A program made the translations under genes and the position numbers. From Actinomycetota bacterium (lineage in GTDB: Bacteria > Actinomycetota > Acidimicrobiia > Acidimicrobiales > Ilumatobacteraceae): a DNA stretch of 64,000 nucleotides. The notes beneath the pieces are model-generated. The model was not told the DNA's origin. It saw only the letters and a list, made by a program, of their open reading frames with translations, and did no database searches. This document shows positions 1 through 9,558 of the stretch, piece by piece; the first letter of the stretch is position 1; each line of letters begins with the position of its first letter. Location: contig WLST01000002.1 in assembly GCA_009711295.1 (NCBI GenBank), positions 17,220-81,219 on the forward strand, written 5' to 3'.

Positions 1-1
1 A

Positions 2-817
2 GACCTGCACGATCTGCTTGCGATGCCACTGCCTGTCATTGTTATTGCTCGCATGCTCGGAGTGCCTGAAGACATGCGCGACACATTCAAAGAGTGGAGC
101 GATTCTCAGCTACAAGGCATGAACATGGTTGACCCCGAACGTGAAATTGCAGCACGTCGTGCCATGAGCGAGTATCTCATTAACGAAGTAAACAAGCGTC
201 GAGATCTCATTGCGCTGGGTCGTGATCTGCCGAATGACCTCATTTCAGAATTAACACAAGCTGCAATGTCGCACGATGACCCGCTCAGCGACGCGGAAAT
301 GCTGTCGATGTTGGTACAAATTCTGGTGGGAGGAAATGAAACAACTACTTCTCTCATCACAAACTTGGTGTGGCGTTTGTTACAAGACCGCAGTAGGTGG
401 AATGAAGTGGTGAATAACCCTGAACTTATCGATGTTGCTATTGAAGAAAGTTTACGATTCGACCCACCAGTTTTAGGTTTGTATCGCACCACCACGTGTC
501 CGGTCACGATGTCGGGAACAGAAATACCTGGTGACGAAAAAGTAATGGTTCTGTACGCCTCGGCTAATCGAGATCCCGCGGCGTGGGAAGACCCTGACAC
601 CTTTCGCCTCGACCGCGACCTCAATCAACTGCGTAGACATTTGTCTTTCGGGTTTGGTTTGCACGTGTGCCCAGGGGCAGCACTTTCGCGCACAGAAACA
701 CGCATTGCTTTGCGCAAGCTCATTGAACTATTTCCTACACTTGAGCTAGACGGCGAGCCTGAACGAATTGAAACGTTCTTGTTGTGGGGCAAACGTACGT
801 TGCCAGTGAAGTGGTAA
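2..817 (+). CDS. cytochrome P450, C-terminal part (5' end lies upstream of the window)
   Basis: The frame is open from nt 2 (DLHDLLAMPLPVIV...). It has the ExxR motif (EESLRFDPP) and the heme-thiolate loop FGFGLHVCPGAALSR. Confidence 0.9.
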   Translation, partial: DLHDLLAMPLPVIVIARMLGVPEDMRDTFKEWSDSQLQGMNMVDPEREIAARRAMSEYLINEVNKRRDLIALGRDLPNDLISELTQAAMSHDDPLSDAEMLSMLVQILVGGNETTTSLITNLVWRLLQDRSRWNEVVNNPELIDVAIEESLRFDPPVLGLYRTTTCPVTMSGTEIPGDEKVMVLYASANRDPAAWEDPDTFRLDRDLNQLRRHLSFGFGLHVCPGAALSRTETRIALRKLIELFPTLELDGEPERIETFLLWGKRTLPVKW

Positions 818-834
818 TAGACCTTTTGTTGTTG

Positions 835-1683
835 CTACCACTGCATGTCGGGTGAGTACACGGCATTCTGGTTACCCATAGCGTTTCCAGCATCGGCAAT
901 GAGTAGTTGACCAGTGAGTGATCTGGCTGCAGGAGAGCACAAAAACAATATGTGTGCCGCTGTTTCATCGGGGCTTTGTAAGCGTTGAATTGGTGTATCG
1001 CGAATGATGCGCTTGGTGTACTCCACAACGTCGGGAGAAATATTGGCAACTTCTTCTTCGCGAAAGCCCTGCGTATCAACAGGCCCAGGAGCGAGAGCGT
1101 TCACCGTGACGCCGCGATGAGCGAGGTACAGGGCGGTGGTCTTCGTCATGTTCACTACGCCTGCACGAGCAGCACCGGAGTGCAAAAAGAGAGGTGCGCC
1201 ACGGTCGCCGACCTGGTTATGAACGACGTTGACGATGGAGCCATCGCCGCCAGCAATGAGATCGGGCACAAACCTGCTGAGCATGTTCCATGTTCCATGC
1301 AAGTTGAGGTCAACAACAGCGCGAAACCCGCGGTCTGAAATTTCTGATGGGCGTGCAGGGAATTGCCCACCGGCATTGTTGATGAGGAAATCGAGTTTGG
1401 TGAATGAACTCATCACCATGTCGCGGAGCGACTCGACGCTTTCCGTGTTGCGAATGTCGCACACTTGTGAAATGCATCGCACGCCGAGTGCTTCGATGTC
1501 GGCATGTGTCTTTGCCAAGTTGTCGGCGTCTCGAGCGGCCAGTGCAACGTCGGCACCCAATTGGGCAAAACCAAGAGCGGTAGCGCGTCCGATGCCACGG
1601 CCTCCTCCGGTGACGAGAACGGTGCGGCCGTTAAAGAGACCTGGGGCAAAAGTTTCTGCTGCAGAGAGAGGGGTGCTTGTCAT
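835..1683 (-). CDS. short-chain dehydrogenase/reductase (SDR) family oxidoreductase
   Basis: 282 aa. N-terminal Rossmann motif VLVTGGGRGIGRA and the NNAG motif. Length and layout are typical of a classical SDR. Confidence 0.85.
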   Translation of the reverse strand: MTSTPLSAAETFAPGLFNGRTVLVTGGGRGIGRATALGFAQLGADVALAARDADNLAKTHADIEALGVRCISQVCDIRNTESVESLRDMVMSSFTKLDFLINNAGGQFPARPSEISDRGFRAVVDLNLHGTWNMLSRFVPDLIAGGDGSIVNVVHNQVGDRGAPLFLHSGAARAGVVNMTKTTALYLAHRGVTVNALAPGPVDTQGFREEEVANISPDVVEYTKRIIRDTPIQRLQSPDETAAHILFLCSPAARSLTGQLLIADAGNAMGNQNAVYSPDMQW

Positions 1684-1709
1684 TCCAACGAGAGTAGCGA
1701 ACTACCATC

Positions 1710-2714
1710 GTGTCTATGCGAGCGGTGATATGTAAAGAACTAGGACCATTAGAAAATTTGTCACTAGAAGAGGTTCCAACGCCCCCTTTGTTGAGTGGGC
1801 ATGTGCGTTTGCGTGTTCTAGCAAGTGGTGTGAACTACGTCGACGGTCTCCTCATCCAGGGTAAATATCAAATCAAACCGCCTACTCCGTTTATTCCAGG
1901 TATGGAAGTTGTTGGAGAAGTAATTGAATGCTCAGACGACGTGTCTCAAGATCTTCTGGGGCAACGTGTGTTGGCAAACGTGGGCTTCGGGGGTTTCGCC
2001 ACCGAGGCGGTTGTTCGTGCAGATCGCGTCATCAGCATTCCCGACACGTTGTCTACTGGCCAAGCGGCAAGTTTCTTGCAGAGCTATCTCACGGGCTGGT
2101 TCGCACTCACGCGACGCGCACACATCAGTTCTGAGTCAATTGCGGGGAAAGAGCAATGGATGTTGGTGTTGGGTGCAGGAAGCGGAGTGGGTCTTGCTGC
2201 CGTCGATATTGGTTCCGCTCTCGGATTGCGAGTCATCGCTGCGGCCTCGTCACAAGAAAAACGTGACCTCGCGCTTGCGTGCGGCGCGTATGCAGTAATT
2301 GATTCTTCAAATGAAGATGTGAAAGAGCGTGCAAAGGAAATTTCTGGCGGTGGGGTCGATGTGCTGTACGACCCAGTGGGTGGGGCACTTGGGGAAACCT
2401 GCTTGCGAGCGCTGGGCGAAGATGGTCAATACCTTGTCATTGGCTTCGTTGCCGGAATCCCGCAATTGCCGGCCAACCAGGTACTCCTGCGCAATCGCCG
2501 AGTCGTTGGAGTCGACTGGGGGGCCTGGGCGGGTCGCAACCCGCAGAGCAATGCCCAGATGCTCGACGAGGTACTGGCCAAAATTGCCACGAAAGATTTG
2601 AGCCCCGTTGAGCCTCAGGTGTATTTGTTGAGCGAAGCAGCCTCGGCCTTGAAAGATCTAGAGGAGAGGCGAGTGGCAGGCAAGGTGGTACTCGTTGCCG
2701 ACGAAGCGAAATAG
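1710..2714 (+). CDS. NADPH:quinone oxidoreductase / zeta-crystallin-type medium-chain dehydrogenase
   Basis: 334 aa. MDR fold with the nucleotide motif LGAGSGVGLAAV and no obvious zinc ligand pattern. The start is GTG 1710 or ATG 1716 (MRAVICKELG). Confidence 0.8.
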   Translation: MSMRAVICKELGPLENLSLEEVPTPPLLSGHVRLRVLASGVNYVDGLLIQGKYQIKPPTPFIPGMEVVGEVIECSDDVSQDLLGQRVLANVGFGGFATEAVVRADRVISIPDTLSTGQAASFLQSYLTGWFALTRRAHISSESIAGKEQWMLVLGAGSGVGLAAVDIGSALGLRVIAAASSQEKRDLALACGAYAVIDSSNEDVKERAKEISGGGVDVLYDPVGGALGETCLRALGEDGQYLVIGFVAGIPQLPANQVLLRNRRVVGVDWGAWAGRNPQSNAQMLDEVLAKIATKDLSPVEPQVYLLSEAASALKDLEERRVAGKVVLVADEAK

Positions 2715-2727
2715 GTAGTCTGAATGA

Positions 2728-3660
2728 ATGGCTACTCTTAAACCTTTCAAATTCGGCGCAAAAGCAAAGACCGCAGGCAGCGGTAAAGAATGGGCAGACA
2801 TTGCCAAGCAAGCAGAAGACTTGGGTTATGTCTCCTTGCAAATGGACGATCACTACACCAAGCAATTTGCTCCAGTGCCTGCACTCATGGCAGCTGCAGC
2901 GGCAACAAAAACTTTGCAGGTCGGAACACTGGTTGCAGGAAATGACTTCCGCAACCCAGTGGTGTTCGCAAAAGAAGCAGCAACAATCGACCTCTTGTCT
3001 GATGGTCGATTCATGATGGGCCTGGGTGCTGGATGGATGAAAGAGGACTACACCATCACCGGTATTACTCAAGATGATGCCATGACTCGCATTGAGCGGC
3101 TCGAAGAGGCAATCACTGTGATGCGTGGCTTGTGGGGAGCAGGACCCTTCTCGCATGAAGGTCGCTTCTACAGCGTCTCTGAAATTGATGCACAGCCAAA
3201 GCCCATTTCAAATATTCCCATCACCGTTGGTGGTGGCGGGCCAAAGTTGCTTGCCATGGCTGCACGTAAAGCCGATGTCATTGGAATCAACCCAAAAATT
3301 GTTGGACGTTCCATCAACCCTCGATCAATGGCTACAGCAGCAGCTGACGTTGTCGATGAGAAAATTGGTTACGTGAAAGCTGCAGCAGGCGATCGCTTCG
3401 ACCAGTTGGAATTGCAGCTGCAGGTTTTTGCCACAGTTGTGACCGACGACCCCATGGCAGTTGCCGAGAAGATGGCGCCGATGTTCGGCTTGCCACCAGA
3501 AGTGGTATTGCAGGCGCCATACTTCCAAATTGGAAGCGTGCAACAAATCATCGACAACATCACCATGTTGCGCGAGCGCTGGGGCATCACTTACATCGCA
3601 TTCCAGCAAGACGCAACAGCAGCGATGGCTCCCGTTGTTGCAGCTCTTGCTGGCAAATAA
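2728..3660 (+). CDS. luciferase-like monooxygenase (LLM) class, probable F420-dependent oxidoreductase
   Basis: 310 aa. Typical LLM layout (FGAKAKT..., MGLGAGW, ITVGGGGPKLL). It is one of three LLM paralogs in the window. Confidence 0.8.
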   Translation: MATLKPFKFGAKAKTAGSGKEWADIAKQAEDLGYVSLQMDDHYTKQFAPVPALMAAAAATKTLQVGTLVAGNDFRNPVVFAKEAATIDLLSDGRFMMGLGAGWMKEDYTITGITQDDAMTRIERLEEAITVMRGLWGAGPFSHEGRFYSVSEIDAQPKPISNIPITVGGGGPKLLAMAARKADVIGINPKIVGRSINPRSMATAAADVVDEKIGYVKAAAGDRFDQLELQLQVFATVVTDDPMAVAEKMAPMFGLPPEVVLQAPYFQIGSVQQIIDNITMLRERWGITYIAFQQDATAAMAPVVAALAGK

Positions 3661-3677
3661 GCGGTGACGCCAGAGTT

Positions 3678-4859
3678 GTGAACACTGTGCCGCCGTCTGC
3701 TGTTGCATCGCGATTGCGGCCTTTTGGCACCACCATTTTTGCCGAGATGTCGGCGCTTGCAGTTGAACTCGGGGCGATTAATTTAGGTCAAGGCTTTCCC
3801 GACTCCGATGGGCCGCGGGAAGTTCTAGATATTGCTATTGACTCCATTAACTCAGGGCTCAATCAGTATCCACCAGGAAACGGAATGCAGGTGTTGCGCG
3901 AAGCAATAGCTCAGCATCAGCTGCGTTTTTATGGAGTGAGCTATGACTGCAATACCGAAGTTTTGGTTACTGCAGGGGCCACTGAGGCAATAGCAGGAGC
4001 ATTGCTTGGGCTCTTAGAGCCTGGCGATGAAGTTGTTCTTTTTGAACCGATGTACGACAGTTATCAGGCATGTATTGCTCTGGCTGGTGCGGTGTCGGTG
4101 CCTGTGCTGCTTGAGCCTCCTTCGTATCGGCCAAATATGGCGGCGTTGGAAGCGGCTGTCACCGAACGTACGAAGATTCTGCTCATCAACTCTCCTCATA
4201 ACCCCACAGGCATGTTGTTGACACGAGAAGAGCAGGCGCACATTGTTCGCATTGCGGAGCAACACAATCTCATTATTGTTTCCGATGAGGTATATGAACA
4301 CCTGGTGTTCGACGGTCAACGGCATGCATCAATTGCTGAAATACCCGAAGCACGAGAAAGATCTGTTGTCATTTCCAGTGGAGGGAAGACTTTTAGTACC
4401 ACAGGGTGGAAAGTGGGTTGGGCAGTTGGCCCAGCGCATCTCATTAATGGAGTTCGTTCTGCAAAACAGTTTCTCACTTATGTAAATGCAGCTCCATTTC
4501 AACCAGCCATTGCCCATGGCCTTTTAATGCCAGATGAATACTTCCGGCAATTGGCAAAGAATTTAGAAGATCGACGTAATCAACTGTGCGAAGTTCTTTC
4601 TGCATCAGGATTCGAGTTTTTTCGTCCTGAGTCAACGTACTTTGTTACTGCAGACATCCGCACAATGCAGGCGAACGGAGATGGTCGCGAGTTTTGTCAT
4701 CGACTTGCCCATGAAGCTGGAGTAGTAGCCATACCAAATGTTGCTTTCTATACGCCGCAAAATGCACACCGTGGTCGGCACTTAGTGCGGTTCGCCTTTT
4801 GCAAACAAGAAAATGTCATTGCGCAAGCCGCGCAACGTTTGCGAAAATGGGCACGATGA
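3678..4859 (+). CDS. class I/II PLP-dependent aminotransferase (KAT/YbdL/DapC-like, glutamine-transaminase-type)
   Basis: 393 aa. Contains INLGQGFPD, NSPHNPTG and the PLP-lysine region SSGGKTFSTTGWKVGW. GTG start. Confidence 0.85.
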   Translation: MNTVPPSAVASRLRPFGTTIFAEMSALAVELGAINLGQGFPDSDGPREVLDIAIDSINSGLNQYPPGNGMQVLREAIAQHQLRFYGVSYDCNTEVLVTAGATEAIAGALLGLLEPGDEVVLFEPMYDSYQACIALAGAVSVPVLLEPPSYRPNMAALEAAVTERTKILLINSPHNPTGMLLTREEQAHIVRIAEQHNLIIVSDEVYEHLVFDGQRHASIAEIPEARERSVVISSGGKTFSTTGWKVGWAVGPAHLINGVRSAKQFLTYVNAAPFQPAIAHGLLMPDEYFRQLAKNLEDRRNQLCEVLSASGFEFFRPESTYFVTADIRTMQANGDGREFCHRLAHEAGVVAIPNVAFYTPQNAHRGRHLVRFAFCKQENVIAQAAQRLRKWAR

Positions 4860-5623
4860 AAATCGCAGCAATTCAACACAACATTCATTGGCTCGATCGA
4901 GAAGCCAATTTTGCTCAGCTTGAAACTCTTATTGCCTCTGCGGCAAAAGATGAGGCGCGACTTGTTGTATTGAGTGAAATGTTCTCTACTGGTTTCGCGA
5001 TGGGTGAAAAGTGGATGAATGAATTGCCAGAGCCATTTAATGGCCCGAGCGCGCAGTTCTTGCAACGCATGGCACAGAAGTACAGCGTATGGGTGGGCGG
5101 TACGTGTCCAGAATTATCTGAGACCAACGAAGATTTGCCAGGAAACACTTTCATCGTTTCTGCGCCAGACGGAGCGCTGACGCGTTATGTGAAGATCCAT
5201 CCGTTCACATACAGCGGCGAAGACAAATGGTTTCGTGCTGGATCCAACACAGTGATGCTCAGTATTGAGGGAATCACTGTTGCGCTTTTCGTGTGTTATG
5301 ACCTGCGATTCGTTGAAGAATTTTGGAATTGCGCAGAAGAAACCGATGTGTATCTCGTTCCTGCTAATTGGCCAGAGAGTCGCCGTGAACATTGGTTGGC
5401 GTTATTGCAGGCCCGCGCAATTGAAAACCAGGCCTATGTGGTGGGTGTGAACCGCGTCGGCTCGGGCGGGTCTTTGGTGTATTCGGGAGACAGTCGCATA
5501 TTTGGTCCCCTGGGAGAAGTGCTCGCCGCAGGTGGTGCCACAGAAGAAATTCTCTTTGCTGACGTGACAAAAGAGCACGTAGCGAAAACACGCCAGAGTT
5601 TCCCTTTTATGAAAGATCGTTAG
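4856..5623 (+). CDS. carbon-nitrogen hydrolase family protein, YafV/Nit2-like omega-amidase
   Basis: MKIAAIQHNIHW... with the catalytic Glu context LSEMFSTGFAM and the Cys context LFVCYDLRF. Its ATG at 4856 overlaps the upstream stop (ATGA). The longer ORF starting at 4799 would overlap the aminotransferase. Confidence 0.8.
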   Translation: MKIAAIQHNIHWLDREANFAQLETLIASAAKDEARLVVLSEMFSTGFAMGEKWMNELPEPFNGPSAQFLQRMAQKYSVWVGGTCPELSETNEDLPGNTFIVSAPDGALTRYVKIHPFTYSGEDKWFRAGSNTVMLSIEGITVALFVCYDLRFVEEFWNCAEETDVYLVPANWPESRREHWLALLQARAIENQAYVVGVNRVGSGGSLVYSGDSRIFGPLGEVLAAGGATEEILFADVTKEHVAKTRQSFPFMKDR

Positions 5624-7893
5624 TCAGAGTATTTCGGCCACTGCGAGAATTTCTCTAAAGAGATCACCGTATTGCGCATTTGTTCTGGAGCCACGGGATG
5701 CGAAATGAGGTAACCCTGAGCCTTGGCGCAGCGCAGGTCGATGAGTGCTTCTAGCTGGCGAGAGGTTTCCACTCCTTCGGCAACAGTGTCGAGGCCGAGA
5801 GCATCGCTCATTGCCAAGATGGTTTTAACAAGAGAACGAGCACTGACGTCATCGGCAATTCCGCTAATGAATGACCTGTCAATCTTAAGGCGTTGAATGG
5901 GGAAGCTCTGGAGAAGCGACAGCGAAGAATAGCCAGTACCAAAATCGTCAATGGCTATTCGCACGCCAAGGGTATTGAGTCGGCGCAAGGCGGCAAGAGC
6001 TTGCTCGGGTTCGGTAATCATGATGCTTTCGGTCATCTCAAGCCACAACTGTTGTGGTTGAACGCGCGCCCGCGACAGGGCCTCGCTGACCACCGACACG
6101 AATTGTGGGTCATGTAGTTGTCGAGGTGACACGTTGACAGACATTGAAGCGGTCTCTGGGCAAATACCAGCATCGATCCAACTACGTAGGTGTGTGAGAG
6201 CTTCAATGAGGGCCCATGCGCCTATCGGTACGATGATGCCCGTCTCTTCGGCAATAGGAATGAATTGTGCTGGTGAACTGGTGGATCCGTCTTCGCGCTC
6301 CCATCGCATGAGTGCCTCAAAGCCAAGAACATCACCTAGATGTAGGTCAATAATGGGCTGATACACAAGAGTGAGTTCTTGTCGCTCGAGTGCTCTATAG
6401 AGAGCCGTTTCTAGTGTGAGTCGTTGAGTTGCCCGTTCAAGCATCGAAGCGTCGAACAAAGCGATGCAGTTACGTCCGGCGTCTTTAGCACGGTACATCG
6501 CAGCGTCAGCATGCCGAAGAAGTTCTTCTGGAGACGGGGAGTCGGCTACAGCTGAACACGCCACCCCAATGCTTGCTGAAACGAATACGTCACCCTGGCG
6601 CAATGCAAGAGGCTCGCGAAAACATTCCAGAAGTCGTTCGGCGGTCTTCATGGCCTCAATATCGCTGACACTGTCGGGTTCGAGAACAACAAACTCATCG
6701 CCGCTAATACGCCCGACGATGGCCGTTGCAGGTACAGCATTAGTGAGTCGTTGGGCGACTGCTACCAAGACATCGTCGCCAGCACTATGGCCAAGTGAGT
6801 CATTAATATTTTTGAATCGGTCTACGTCAATGAAATGGACAGCTGGAACTCTTCCGGTCCTCCATGCGTTGTCGACAGCTTCTTCTATGTGTTTCAACAT
6901 GAGAGAACGATTGGGGAGAAGAGTGAGCGCATCGGTTTGTGCTGTTTTGACGAGCACAGCTTGTGTGCGTGCATTGGTTCTTACTGCTTGTATCACTCGT
7001 GCAGTCACCGATGCGGCGAGCACAAATAAAGATATTGCGCGAATAACGCGGTCGACCTGGTTGCGCGGATCAAAAAGTGCAATGGTGATGAGTGGAACCA
7101 CGAGCGCAGTAGTGGTGAGCACGAGTCGACCGAGCAACGGCTGACGCTGACGCGTGGTGCTGCGATGGGTGAGGCTGCGCACCGAGGGGTGCAAGAAGGT
7201 TGCAGACGCCATAAAGAGGCTGATGACGTAAGGCGCATTGAGGAAGCGATCGGAAACACTCGCATGGCCAGATTTGTCTAAAGCAAAAAGGAAGTCTCCG
7301 AGTAGCGAAAGTGAAATAGCACCAAAAAGCAACCAAATGGAAGGCGTGCGGTTTGCCTCGCTAAAGAGCAACGAGACGAGAAGGAAAAGAACAATTGTGC
7401 TCGTAGCCAGGGTGATACCTCGCAAGGCACTGATGACGGTTGGTTCACCGGCAATGTTCAGCGATGGTTGAAGAAGCCCAACCCAAATGAGTAGCCAAGC
7501 TCCGAGCGCAACGACTAACGCATCACCGAGTGAGTTCAGAATCGCGGTCCCGTTGCGCCTCAGCGTGACGAGAAGAAGCGCGCTAGCGAGAAGTATTTGA
7601 ACGGCAAGGAAAAATGATTCCGAGACGATACGCAATGTTTCAGAAGCCAAAGAATTGTCTGCCAATATTTGCCCAGCGACAGTAAAAAGAGAAACGCCTA
7701 AAATGACGAGCCATGCTCGGGGGTCAGGTCGATGTGCAAAAAACCCGATGACGACACAAATGGCTAACTGGGTGGCTGCAACGAAATAGAAGGTGTTCCC
7801 AACAGTTGCGGACGGGGTCAAGATATTGACCAGCCCGAGAACCACTCCCACGGCCCCGACGAACCATGCCAATTGAGAAAAGCTTTTGCGCAC
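5620..7893 (-). CDS. membrane-anchored GGDEF/EAL protein (c-di-GMP turnover)
   Basis: 757 aa. About 300 aa of multi-pass hydrophobic N-terminus. The GGDEF domain reads RISGDEFVVL (SGDEF variant). The EAL domain has GFEALMRW, DDFGTGYSSL and KIDRSF. GTG start. Confidence 0.9.
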   Translation of the reverse strand: MRKSFSQLAWFVGAVGVVLGLVNILTPSATVGNTFYFVAATQLAICVVIGFFAHRPDPRAWLVILGVSLFTVAGQILADNSLASETLRIVSESFFLAVQILLASALLLVTLRRNGTAILNSLGDALVVALGAWLLIWVGLLQPSLNIAGEPTVISALRGITLATSTIVLFLLVSLLFSEANRTPSIWLLFGAISLSLLGDFLFALDKSGHASVSDRFLNAPYVISLFMASATFLHPSVRSLTHRSTTRQRQPLLGRLVLTTTALVVPLITIALFDPRNQVDRVIRAISLFVLAASVTARVIQAVRTNARTQAVLVKTAQTDALTLLPNRSLMLKHIEEAVDNAWRTGRVPAVHFIDVDRFKNINDSLGHSAGDDVLVAVAQRLTNAVPATAIVGRISGDEFVVLEPDSVSDIEAMKTAERLLECFREPLALRQGDVFVSASIGVACSAVADSPSPEELLRHADAAMYRAKDAGRNCIALFDASMLERATQRLTLETALYRALERQELTLVYQPIIDLHLGDVLGFEALMRWEREDGSTSSPAQFIPIAEETGIIVPIGAWALIEALTHLRSWIDAGICPETASMSVNVSPRQLHDPQFVSVVSEALSRARVQPQQLWLEMTESIMITEPEQALAALRRLNTLGVRIAIDDFGTGYSSLSLLQSFPIQRLKIDRSFISGIADDVSARSLVKTILAMSDALGLDTVAEGVETSRQLEALIDLRCAKAQGYLISHPVAPEQMRNTVISLEKFSQWPKYSD

Positions 7894-7911
7894 TGGCTTT
7901 TCAGGCTACAC

Positions 7912-8577
7912 ATGACCCGAATTGCAGGGGTGGATCAACTACTCTATGAGGAGGCGGAGTGCCTCTTTTTTGGAGTACCTCCACGTATGTACGTCACTCG
8001 CCACTCTCACGTTGTAGATCACAATCTGCAAGATTCCCTATGGAACCTCTACGTGCGCGCCTATTTGCCTGAGGCAGAGTTGACTGCAACGCACGAGATG
8101 CTGGATCGATTGGAATTTAACGACCAGATGACCCTGCAGAGCAATCGTGCTTGGGTGGTATGGGATGACGGCGTACCCGTTGCTATGACGCTGATTGCAA
8201 CAGATGTTCGAGCGACACGTTGGCTTTCGGAGCTCTATTTCGCCAAGCATTACCCAGATCGTTTTCGCAATGGCCAAGTGCACTACGTGGTGTGGGCAGT
8301 GGTCGACCCCGATTACGTGGCAAAAGGTGCGGTGATCCATTTGGGGAAGCATGCGCTCGCCGTTGAGGCAGCAGAGGGGGCTCTGTTGGTGTTCGATACT
8401 CCCGAGAGCAACCAGCCTGAAGCCACTGGCGGTGCTGCAGAACTGATGGTGCGTCTGGCTCGAATGGTCTCAGAGGCAGATCTCATCCCTATTACCACCC
8501 AGCGTTACTACGCCATCGACTTTGTCCGACCTCGTGAAATCGCCGCTGTAACAGAATCGACCATGCTCACCTCGTAG
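7912..8577 (+). CDS. hypothetical protein (possible GNAT-like fold, unassigned)
   Basis: The ORF has coding-like composition and no motif I can name with confidence. ATG 7912 is preferred because the TTG start at 7873 would overlap the divergent GGDEF-EAL start. Confidence 0.5.
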   Translation: MTRIAGVDQLLYEEAECLFFGVPPRMYVTRHSHVVDHNLQDSLWNLYVRAYLPEAELTATHEMLDRLEFNDQMTLQSNRAWVVWDDGVPVAMTLIATDVRATRWLSELYFAKHYPDRFRNGQVHYVVWAVVDPDYVAKGAVIHLGKHALAVEAAEGALLVFDTPESNQPEATGGAAELMVRLARMVSEADLIPITTQRYYAIDFVRPREIAAVTESTMLTS

Positions 8578-8594
8578 TCAATGCGCTACGTTTC

Positions 8595-9551
8595 ATGGAG
8601 ATGAGTACTTCTTCCTCCACAGTAGATGTGGTTATTCCTCATTCGCACATGATGGCCGATCTCTTGGGGATGCGCGATGAGCATTTGCGTCGTATTGAAG
8701 ACGCCTTCCCATCGACAAAAATATCTGTGCGTGGCAACGTGGTGTCGTTAGCTGGTGCCGACTCGGCAAAAGCCGGACGTCTTTTTGAAGAATTGGTCAT
8801 GCTTTTGCAAAAAGGGGAAGCGTTCGATTCTTTGGTCATCGATAGGTCAATCGACATGGTGCGCAACAACCAGAGCCCGAGTGACGTACTTACCGATGAA
8901 GTGATGCGTGCGGGTCGTGGACGTGCAGTAAAGCCAAAAACAGCTGGTCAAAAACGCTATGTCGACGCAATACGCGAAAACGTCATCACCTTTGGAGTAG
9001 GGCCTGCAGGAACGGGTAAGAGCTGGCTAGCGGTCGCTATGGCCGTTCAGGCGCTTCAGGCAAAACAGGTGCAGCGCATCATTCTCACTCGTCCTGCTGT
9101 GGAAGCAGGTGAGCGACTTGGTTTCTTGCCTGGCGACCTGATGGCAAAGATTGACCCGTATTTACGACCCCTCTATGACGCGTTGTATGACATGGTCGAC
9201 CATGAGGGTGCCCAGAAACTCATCGAGCGCCAAACCATTGAAGTGGCTCCGTTGGCCTTCATGCGGGGACGCACGCTCAACAACTCGTTCATCATTCTCG
9301 ACGAAGCCCAAAATACGACTCCTGAGCAAATGAAAATGTTTCTCACCAGAATTGGCTTCAACTCCAAAGTGGTGGTGACCGGAGACGTCACACAAATTGA
9401 TGTTCAAAATGGCAAAAGTGGTCTTGTGGGGTTAGAAAAAATTCTCACCGGAATTGAGGGCTTGGAATTCGTGCATTTGTCCAAATCAGATGTCGTACGC
9501 CATCGCATCGTTGCCGATATTGTGTCTGCATATGAAGAAAGACAGCGCTGA
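8595..9551 (+). CDS. phoH: PhoH-like ATPase
   Basis: 318 aa. Walker A GPAGTGKSWLA, Walker B IILDEAQN. It sits in the conserved phoH-ybeY-corC context. Confidence 0.93.
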   Translation: MEMSTSSSTVDVVIPHSHMMADLLGMRDEHLRRIEDAFPSTKISVRGNVVSLAGADSAKAGRLFEELVMLLQKGEAFDSLVIDRSIDMVRNNQSPSDVLTDEVMRAGRGRAVKPKTAGQKRYVDAIRENVITFGVGPAGTGKSWLAVAMAVQALQAKQVQRIILTRPAVEAGERLGFLPGDLMAKIDPYLRPLYDALYDMVDHEGAQKLIERQTIEVAPLAFMRGRTLNNSFIILDEAQNTTPEQMKMFLTRIGFNSKVVVTGDVTQIDVQNGKSGLVGLEKILTGIEGLEFVHLSKSDVVRHRIVADIVSAYEERQR

Positions 9552-9558
9552 ACTCTGA

